DNA of 63,440 nt from a virus. Its lineage: Duplodnaviria; Caudoviricetes. The first letter of the stretch is position 1; each line of letters starts with the position of its first letter. Below are positions 56,780-63,440 of this stretch, piece by piece. Made by a program: the position numbers and the translations under genes. The stretch is from the IMG/VR virus record IMGVR_UViG_3300017963_000286, positions 1 to 63,440 of that record, one strand, 5' to 3'. The notes below the pieces were generated by a model that was not told where the DNA came from, did not search any database, and saw only the letters and a program-made list of their open reading frames with translations.

Positions 56780-57892
56780 TCAGAGCTCAGTCGAATCTTC
56801 GTCGCGACTCCTTAGATAAGCCCTGATCTGATCACGCAGACACAGCATCCGATCGCTGCCGTCGTCGTTGAGCATCCAAAGGCCCTGCCAGTCGCGAATC
56901 AAGTCGGTCGTCGGATCGAACTGGTTTTCGGTCAGTATCTTCCAGCGGTCCCAATAGAACCGTTTTCGCTTGCTCCCATGGAACGCGTGGGTGATGACCC
57001 CGGGAACGCATCCGACGTTTCGACGAATGTATCGCTCGGCTCGAGCCTGCCACTTCAGCACAGTGGCGCGATAGGCGGGCGTCACATCCGTCGGCATCGC
57101 CTCGTCGCCTCGGCCGAGAAGAGCCAGAGCCATATGATGGTCCCCAGCCCCAAGAATGCCGGTATCGAGCAGGCCGCCCACTGCATTGAACGCTTCGCGA
57201 CGAGCGGCCCATCCGTAGCCGGGATGCCAAAAAACTCTGTTGCCGGGGAGGCCGGCGCCCAGCCGATAGGGGCCGTTGGTCTCGCCTTTTATGTGCGACG
57301 ACGTGAACCTCTGCGGATTTAGCTTTCCATCCACAACCAAAGGCGGGATCTCAGGATTGTTAAACTGGTTCAAATAGCAGTGGTTCATCCCGATGTTGGT
57401 GCCAATGACATCGAGCGCGGGGGGAGGCCCGATGTCTATGGCCTGTGAGAACATCTGAACGAAGTCGTAATGCTGCAGCTGATGAATCGTCTCCTGAACC
57501 CAGTCGGGTCGAACGAAGTCGATGTCAGCATCGAGCCACGCCACGTACTTCCAATCAGGGATTGGGATCCGTGATACGCCGATATTTATCGCGCATTCCT
57601 TGTGCCACATCTCCTCGCGCGTGCGCAGCTGCACGTGCCAAGGATTGCCAGCCTCGGTGATCTCAAACGGGCGCTCGCCATACGCGAGCTCGACCGTCAG
57701 CAGCTGGGCGCCGCTCTCCTCTACGTGCTTGGCAAACTTCCGGTAGAGGTTGTAACGCGTGCGGTAGCGGACCGGGTTCGACACCATCGTGACCACGACA
57801 AACTTACTCAGGTCGATCGGCGTCAGGTCACTGCGATGGATGCTGCGGTACCCAAGGTCATGGAAATGACCCGGAGAGGTAGGCGTAGCCAT
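56780..57892 (-). CDS. GT-A fold glycosyltransferase-like protein
   Basis: WHKECAINIG, YVAWLDADIDF (DxD), GAGDHHMA, HAFHG. Confidence 0.7.
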   Translation of the reverse strand: MATPTSPGHFHDLGYRSIHRSDLTPIDLSKFVVVTMVSNPVRYRTRYNLYRKFAKHVEESGAQLLTVELAYGERPFEITEAGNPWHVQLRTREEMWHKECAINIGVSRIPIPDWKYVAWLDADIDFVRPDWVQETIHQLQHYDFVQMFSQAIDIGPPPALDVIGTNIGMNHCYLNQFNNPEIPPLVVDGKLNPQRFTSSHIKGETNGPYRLGAGLPGNRVFWHPGYGWAARREAFNAVGGLLDTGILGAGDHHMALALLGRGDEAMPTDVTPAYRATVLKWQARAERYIRRNVGCVPGVITHAFHGSKRKRFYWDRWKILTENQFDPTTDLIRDWQGLWMLNDDGSDRMLCLRDQIRAYLRSRDEDSTEL

Positions 57893-57949
57893 TCAGGAGA
57901 GCCCTCGGTCAGGGATTGTTTGCCCAAGAATAGCACGCCGCCGGATGAG

Positions 57950-58489
57950 CTATCCAGGGATAGAAGGCTTATTTTTGAGGAGCATCCCAGCGATGTCCGC
58001 CAGCTGCACCTCGCCATAGAACTCGACGCCGCCGTCGTGCTCACCCGTATATGCGTCGTAGCTCGACCAGTAGCCTAGAGCCTCGATCCAGCGAAACGAC
58101 CGGATGGGAAGCTCGGTCTGGCGCGGCGCGGCCAAAGGGTTTTTGGCGAGTTCGGCGTACTCGTCACGCTTGAGAGTCGCCTCCTTGATCAGCTCCTCGA
58201 CGGCGCCCCTGATCCAGTCGGTACCCATCTCGCGCTCTTCGTACTCGACGCCCGTCGAGTAGCCATAATCGCAACGGCCTTCGTGAATGAGGCTGTAGGT
58301 GATCGCGCAGGCGTCCTCCTCAAAGACGACATCGTCGGCCAGGTCGTCATCAAGAACGTCCTTCGGGATGTCCTTGGTGACGTCTGCGTAGTCGCCGTTC
58401 CAAAGCATGCTCTCTAGCTCGAGAGCGCTGGAGGTGTCGCCGGCATAGAAAAAATGAGCGGTGAACTCTACAAGTGAACAGATTTTCAT
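57950..58489 (-). CDS. acidic hypothetical protein, probable paralog of 59758-60294
   Basis: STGVE / LADIAGML motifs. Confidence 0.55.
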   Translation of the reverse strand: MKICSLVEFTAHFFYAGDTSSALELESMLWNGDYADVTKDIPKDVLDDDLADDVVFEEDACAITYSLIHEGRCDYGYSTGVEYEEREMGTDWIRGAVEELIKEATLKRDEYAELAKNPLAAPRQTELPIRSFRWIEALGYWSSYDAYTGEHDGGVEFYGEVQLADIAGMLLKNKPSIPG

Positions 58490-58773
58490 TCGTCATCCGA
58501 TTTGTCGTCGTCGACCAGGTGAAGGTGACTCTTGGGCCTGACCGACGCAGCCGCGAGATAGCGAAGGCGGCGCGCTCGAGCCTCCTCGGGCGATTCGCGC
58601 GCAAGGTGGTGCATGAGATACAAACGGGCCATCTCCACCAACATGCCGATCAAGGCGAGTATCGCAATCAATCCGAACCCAAACGACACGACAGCCGCGC
58701 CGCCTGGGTCCATCTCGTTGATGACGACGCCCGTTACAGCGACCATGATGATGGGGACGAGCACGGGCGCCAT
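58486..58773 (-). CDS. 2-TM membrane protein
   Basis: Two hydrophobic helices. Confidence 0.5.
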   Translation of the reverse strand: MAPVLVPIIMVAVTGVVINEMDPGGAAVVSFGFGLIAILALIGMLVEMARLYLMHHLARESPEEARARRLRYLAAASVRPKSHLHLVDDDKSDDE

Positions 58774-58781
58774 GATCCCGT

Positions 58782-58797
58782 GCGAACGCGCGTTCAC
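58782..58797. repeat. dispersed palindrome copy GCGAACGCGCGTTCAC
   Basis: Overlaps the stop of 58794-58982 and lies just upstream of the next ATG. Confidence 0.9.
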
Positions 58798-58978
58798 AGC
58801 CCCAACCACCCCTGCTGCTCCTCGGTCAGATCCTCAGACCGGATCGCAAACATAATAGTCGTCGAGCGGCGCCCCGCCCCACGCTCCTTCGCCAGCCACA
58901 CTACCGGATGGTCATAGGTGAACACGTTGCGGGTCGATCCATCCACCCAGTCATACACCGTCAGCATCCAAGGCCGCA

Positions 58979-59761
58979 TCACTTCGCCCCCGACTGCGGC
59001 AGCATGTTGAGCAGCGGCGCGCCCTGGCCGAGCGTCAAGATGTGCGGCGGCTCACCATTCCACTTCTTGAGCGCCTGAACCATCTCCCACTCGACGAGTC
59101 CCTTGTTCTTCGAAAGCGCCTCAGAGCGGATCGTCATCGACTCGGCTTCGGCCTTGGCGGCGATCACCTGTTGATTAGCCTGCTCCTGGATCTCGACCGT
59201 CTTGTTGCGGGCTTCTGCCGCCTTTTGGATGGCGACCACCTTCGCCTCGACCGCCTTTTCGTAGGCGTCGTCGAAGTCTAGGTTTGTGAAATCCAGTCGC
59301 GTCGCTACAACCTGACGTGACTCAAGAACCTTGCGCACTTCCTCAAACGCCTTTGTACGCGCTTCGTCTCGCTTCGCCACTAGATCGTCAGCGATGTATT
59401 GTCCGGTCACGTCTTTGATCGCGCCCAGCAGCGCCGGACCGACAATCGTATTGGGCCAATCCACGCCAAATTGTCGGAAGAGCTTATGAATCACGGCTGG
59501 ATCCGGATAATACGTGATAGCGAAATCGATATCGACGCGCTGAGTGTCGCGTGTGAAACATGATGTTCTCGCTTCCCATTTCACTTCTCGAACCGATATC
59601 TCGGAAATGGTCGTCGTGAACGGATTGTAGAAGTAAAGCCCCTCGGGGAGAGGCTCCCCCTGGATCTCGCCGAAGCGGGTCTCAATCCCGCGAGATCCTG
59701 TATCGACCTGCTCGCACCCGATCAGCCCAGTCATCGTCAGAAAAATCGCCAAGTACCTCAT
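58979..59761 (-). CDS. SPFH/prohibitin (band 7) protein
   Basis: VDTGSRGIETRFG, PEGLYFYNPF, AVEAKVVA.Q, KWNGEPP. Confidence 0.9.
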   Translation of the reverse strand: MRYLAIFLTMTGLIGCEQVDTGSRGIETRFGEIQGEPLPEGLYFYNPFTTTISEISVREVKWEARTSCFTRDTQRVDIDFAITYYPDPAVIHKLFRQFGVDWPNTIVGPALLGAIKDVTGQYIADDLVAKRDEARTKAFEEVRKVLESRQVVATRLDFTNLDFDDAYEKAVEAKVVAIQKAAEARNKTVEIQEQANQQVIAAKAEAESMTIRSEALSKNKGLVEWEMVQALKKWNGEPPHILTLGQGAPLLNMLPQSGAK

Positions 59762-60294
59762 CCTACCGCGCCCTCCGCTATCTTTAATTTTTTCTCGCGC
59801 AACATCTCCGCGATGTCCTCGAGACCGAAAAATCCGACAATGACGGGATCACTTCTGTATTGAAGCGATCCCGGCGAATCCGTTGACTCCCAACTAAAAT
59901 CCCGGGCTACCAAAGCCATCATCCGCAACATACTCGGTCGAGGATTATCGACTTCCCTGCGAAGCTCGGCCAATCGAGCTGCCGCTTCGACCACTATCGC
60001 CATCCGCAAAGGCTCTATCGCCTTCTCCAGTCCATAAAGCTCGATGTCCGCTTCGAAGCCAGTCGAATGCGGGCAGTCGTGACAATCCCCTACGGCGAAG
60101 GCCGAGACGCCCCAAAACGATCGAGCGGCCAGGTCCGGCTCCGTGCCGGACAGAAAATCGCCCCGATCATCAATTAAGACCATTCCATCGAGCATGTGCG
60201 GCTCAAAATCAAACCCGGCCGGTCCGAATCGAGTAATACCGAACTCAACGATAGCGTCTTGGCTGCGGCCCTCAAACATCACCGTCATCGTCAT
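59758..60294 (-). CDS. hypothetical protein, probable paralog of 57950-58489
   Basis: STGFE / LEDIAEML motifs. Confidence 0.55.
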   Translation of the reverse strand: MTMTVMFEGRSQDAIVEFGITRFGPAGFDFEPHMLDGMVLIDDRGDFLSGTEPDLAARSFWGVSAFAVGDCHDCPHSTGFEADIELYGLEKAIEPLRMAIVVEAAARLAELRREVDNPRPSMLRMMALVARDFSWESTDSPGSLQYRSDPVIVGFFGLEDIAEMLREKKLKIAEGAVG

Positions 60295-60457
60295 CCCTCT
60301 CTTTTCTACGATCCGGGCGGTCAAATCGCACGTCAGATTCGGCTTTACATCCGATCCGGACTTGCTTCCCCCGTATCGCCAACACTGTAATGAAGACCTC
60401 GCGATCTCCAATCACGATTCTCACCTCTTCGCCCAATCGACGTGTCAAAACCAGCAT
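60272..60457 (-). CDS. csrA: CsrA/RsmA carbon storage regulator homolog
   Basis: [14 protein letters not shown]...[16 protein letters not shown]...V. Confidence 0.85.
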   Translation of the reverse strand: MLVLTRRLGEEVRIVIGDREVFITVLAIRGKQVRIGCKAESDVRFDRPDRRKERDDDDGDV

Positions 60458-60609
60458 TCAATTCACCATGCGAAAAACGATAACCGCGACAACAACGACA
60501 ACAATGATGAAACGACGCACCACAATTCTAGTAATCTCGTGCTCGTCGACTCCGCCAAAACCACTGGCGCCAATCGTGTATGCCCCTTCAAAACAAACGA
60601 GGAGCAGGA

Positions 60610-60966
60610 TCATCGCAAAGAGAGAGTCGATAGCCATCCCTTTATCCTCCAAAGCACTCGGCGTAAGCGCGATTCAGGATGCGCCCCGATCTCCGCAAAT
60701 AGATCGGGAGATATCTCCTCCTGACCGCCAAGACCCTCCTCGGCGGCGTTTCGGCACGCAGCTATTGCTTCGGCGCAGTCGCGATTGCACAATTTGCATG
60801 ACAAGACGAAATTCTCGTCATCGTTTGTGCCGCCCAATGAGATCGGGATCCTGCGATCAACCGTGGTCTCATGCCACGCTAGCCGGCGTCGGCATCGGTA
60901 GCACTTGGGGTCGCGCTTAAATAAGCGGTCGCGAACTTCAGCGTAAAAAAACGACTTTGCTCTCAT
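60610..60966 (-). CDS. HNH endonuclease-like protein, possibly inactive
   Basis: CYRC...TVDRRIP.S.GG...NFVLSCKLCN; the usual DH is DR. Confidence 0.7.
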   Translation of the reverse strand: MRAKSFFYAEVRDRLFKRDPKCYRCRRRLAWHETTVDRRIPISLGGTNDDENFVLSCKLCNRDCAEAIAACRNAAEEGLGGQEEISPDLFAEIGAHPESRLRRVLWRIKGWLSTLSLR

Positions 60967-61309
60967 CCTGAGAACCTCTCGGCGCATCAAATGCGATGGG
61001 TCGCAAATATCGAAAAAGGGATAAGCTCCGTTACCACCCATCCCATTAGAGAGTCCAGCGAATTCTAATCTTCTGGTTCCGGCTCTGAGCCGGCCGTCTT
61101 TTCGGCGCCTTCCGGAGAGACGTCGATCAGACCAACCAACACCACACGCATAGTCCGCCGAACAACCAGCCCCTCGCAAGCGAACGTCGCTGATCCACCC
61201 CGGCGATTCGCTCGAGCGGGCCGGCGCAGCCATCGTCGCCATCGACGAGGAATTTTGTAACGGCCCACGGCGCTCCCTTGGCTGCGCGGGGCCACTCGGC
61301 AGCGCCTAG

Positions 61310-61558
61310 TTAGTTACGGGATTTGGCGTACTCGATACGAATGCTCCGACCCTTTAACTCGCGATGATGCAGTGCGCGCATTGCGTCTTCCGCTTCTCCG
61401 GCGGTCGCGAATTCGACGAAGCCAAAGCCTCGGCTGCGGCCGGTGTCGCGATCTTTCACGACCTGCGCTTTGATGACCTCGCCGTATGCCGAAAATGCCT
61501 CCAGCAGAGCGTCGTCATCGATTCCCCATTGCAGATTGCTAACATAGAGCTTTCGCAT
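61310..61558 (-). CDS. single-RRM RNA-binding protein
   Basis: RNP2 LYVSNL, RNP1 RGFGFVEF, DRDTGRS. Confidence 0.92.
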   Translation of the reverse strand: MRKLYVSNLQWGIDDDALLEAFSAYGEVIKAQVVKDRDTGRSRGFGFVEFATAGEAEDAMRALHHRELKGRSIRIEYAKSRN

Positions 61559-61699
61559 CGATTGTCCCTGATATTGCGGCGGCCGGCACCGCCAGCACAA
61601 CGACTACCACCCAACAGTCCGTCTGTCGGGCGCCATCTTCCGTCTAGAATGGAATCGCTTGAAGTCAGACTACCAGGGCAGTAGGGCAGGGCGCAAGCC

Positions 61700-61760
61700 G
61701 AGCCAGAATTTGCTTTAAATAGGCATTATGGTTTATGAAGACCGAGAAAAGGAGAACCCA
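61700..61760 (+). promoter_or_regulatory. AT-rich divergent control region with putative promoter and SD
   Basis: TTGCTT..TATGAA-like elements and AAGGAG SD at the strand switch. Confidence 0.4.
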
Positions 61761-61762
61761 TT

Positions 61763-62404
61763 ATGACCGTTGCCAAGAAGAAGTTTGACCCGCTTGCAAA
61801 CGCCCGTGTCGTTGGAGCAAAAACAAAAGGCCGGGAGGCCCTCGACCGCATCGAGATCCAAGATCAGGCCGTCGCTCGATCCGTCACGGAGTACGCTCGG
61901 CTCGACTCCCAAAAGAAGGAGGCGGAGGCTGCCGCTAAGCCGCATAAAGAAGCCATATTAGCTCAAGCGAGAGCGGCATTCGCTAACCGCCTGGCGTCGT
62001 CCGATGACCCCAGCTCATTCATGCTGACCGCTGGTGACACATCCATACAAGTGACGATTCCTCGAAAAATCGCTTCCCTCGGCGATCCAGAACTGAAAAC
62101 ACTCACCGAAGATTTCGGACGCGATGTCGTCGACGACTTACTCGAAAAGGGTGACAAGGTCGGTCTCAATCTTAAGGTCTGGGAAGCTCACGCAGACGTG
62201 CTCATCAGCGCTCTCAACGCGCTCGGGCCGGACGGCAGGCGACTCGTCCCGACCGAAGTCTTGTCAGCCCTGTTCATCCGAGACATGAAACCACGGGAAG
62301 ATATTTTTCAGCGGATCGTCAAACGAACTAATAAAAATCCCGAACAAATTCAGACACTATTGTTTGGCAAACTGGGCATCACGCCGACGCTTTCCGTGCG
62401 TTGA
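61763..62404 (+). CDS. hypothetical protein
   Basis: Strong SD, 213 aa. Confidence 0.7.
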   Translation: MTVAKKKFDPLANARVVGAKTKGREALDRIEIQDQAVARSVTEYARLDSQKKEAEAAAKPHKEAILAQARAAFANRLASSDDPSSFMLTAGDTSIQVTIPRKIASLGDPELKTLTEDFGRDVVDDLLEKGDKVGLNLKVWEAHADVLISALNALGPDGRRLVPTEVLSALFIRDMKPREDIFQRIVKRTNKNPEQIQTLLFGKLGITPTLSVR

Positions 62405-62999
62405 AACTCCTCCCTTGGGCGGGCCTTCGTGCTCGCCCGATCCCCCTCGGACTGATACCCTCCAATTCATGTCCCTCACTATGCCAGCTTTCCGTGACTT
62501 TGCGTCGCCATGCCGATCGTTGATTAAGAGTCTCGTCAACGATCATGGATGGGTCGGCCAGCCGTGGCTCGGCTTTGCGCGCGTGGCGATCAAAATCGAT
62601 GCGAATGGCGTGATAGGATGCGTGTCGCCCGAGGGGCGCGACAGCATCAATGCTCTCGACGCCGAGACGCGGGCTATGATTCGGACAGCACTCACCCCGA
62701 AAACGCGAAGCAACGTCTACTTCGCGCTACGGGGGCGACGACCTGGCGAAAAGATATGGATCATGGATTGTCTCCGCGCCGAGGGCCGTGATCTGACGTT
62801 TGCGAGCTTTGCGGAACGATGGGAGGAGATCCCGAAAAATTTCATCTCCCCCAAGCTCAAGCTCGCCGCTCCGTTGCGGACCGATCACGCATGCTGGGAG
62901 GCGACCGCTGTCGGGAAAGTCCTCATGCGCAATCCCAACGCATGGGGATGGTTTCCGTCTTCCTCGCTCATTCTGCGATCACGAGACAGGTCACCCTGA
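62364..62999 (+). CDS. ATP-dependent DNA ligase-like domain lacking the catalytic Lys (start uncertain, possibly 62469)
   Basis: WVGQPWLGFARV ~ WxxEPKxDGxR; IMDCL..EGRDL...FAER; VLMRNPNA. Confidence 0.55.
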   Translation: MANWASRRRFPCVETPPLGGPSCSPDPPRTDTLQFMSLTMPAFRDFASPCRSLIKSLVNDHGWVGQPWLGFARVAIKIDANGVIGCVSPEGRDSINALDAETRAMIRTALTPKTRSNVYFALRGRRPGEKIWIMDCLRAEGRDLTFASFAERWEEIPKNFISPKLKLAAPLRTDHACWEATAVGKVLMRNPNAWGWFPSSSLILRSRDRSP

Positions 63000-63215
63000 C
63001 ACGCCCGCGAGGCCGAAAGGCATCTCGTATATGGGCTCGAAGTCGCCCGAGACAGTTTCGCTAAACGAAAAGCGATGATAAATCATCTCTCGATCGCGCT
63101 GCCCATCCACAAGCGTCCGCCCGGTCACCAGCTCCTTCCTGACATACCCTACCGCTGAGACCGTATCGACCCACGCCGGCCCTATCTGACTCAGAAATTT
63201 GACCTCCGTCGCCAT
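62991..63215 (-). CDS. hypothetical protein
   Basis: SD GAGGAGG; convergent with the plus-strand unit. Confidence 0.55.
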   Translation of the reverse strand: MATEVKFLSQIGPAWVDTVSAVGYVRKELVTGRTLVDGQRDREMIYHRFSFSETVSGDFEPIYEMPFGLAGVSG

Positions 63216-63440
63216 TTTAGTCCTCCTCGTCCCCGCCCCGCTCCAGGAGCGTCGGGATGGCCTCGGCCGTCTTCAGAAGGATCTCAAAGCGCTCGCGAGT
63301 CATGCCGATATTGCGAGCGAGGATCGGCAGCATCGCGGCTGTCGGGTTCGGGAAGGAATCTTTGAAATTGGCGACGAGCTCGCGGAGATCTGTCTCTGTT
63401 AGGCCCCGCGCCTGTCCTTTTTCGTCCTGTTCACGCTCGC

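Noticed and set aside
61240-61310. tRNA-like GCCGAGTGG segment downstream of the RRM gene
   Set aside because: No T-arm or closable cloverleaf.
26-61684. Many long plus-strand ORFs (e.g. 460-1293, 12658-13797, 14858-16090, 35822-37093)
   Set aside because: They are antisense shadows of GC-rich minus-strand genes, with no motifs or ribosome-binding sites.
1-63440. CRISPR array, DGR/reverse transcriptase, integrase or stop-codon recoding
   Set aside because: No repeat-spacer array and no RT or integrase motifs were seen. Genes tile normally under the standard code.
1-63440. Apparent abundance of CGATCG/TCGA words
   Set aside because: Cannot be separated by eye from codon usage (ATC GAx, GTC GAx); needs a computed background.

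Overview
This is a GC-rich segment of a large tailed dsDNA phage with a T4-like head module. Nearly all genes are on the minus strand and tightly coupled; only 61763-62999 is on the plus strand. The left part (1-26 kb) is head morphogenesis: intein-containing large terminase, gp20-like portal, gp21-like protease fused to a scaffold, gp23-like major capsid and gp13-like neck protein. Interspersed are probable internal head proteins (ADP-ribosyltransferase-like, Nudix), an AAA ATPase, a CHAP hydrolase and a LAGLIDADG-methyltransferase fusion. The middle (26-39 kb) holds a ParB/DNA-methyltransferase cluster, glycosyltransferases, a permuted NlpC/P60 enzyme, fibre-like proteins and a zincin. The right part (39-63 kb) holds many small accessory ORFs, a dual-frame C5 methyltransferase, HNH nucleases, an atypical tRNA-Cys, SPFH, CsrA and RRM proteins. 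The strongest unexplained signals are: (1) a 16-bp palindrome GCGAACGCGCGTTCRC at 11 or more sites, mostly near gene starts and in several reading frames; (2) shared short leader/E-cleavage motifs suggesting a capsid-cargo loading system; (3) a split ParB-Zn module followed by two alternative MTase catalytic subunits; (4) a tRNA-Cys with a long variable arm. All calls come from motif recognition by eye, with no database searches.
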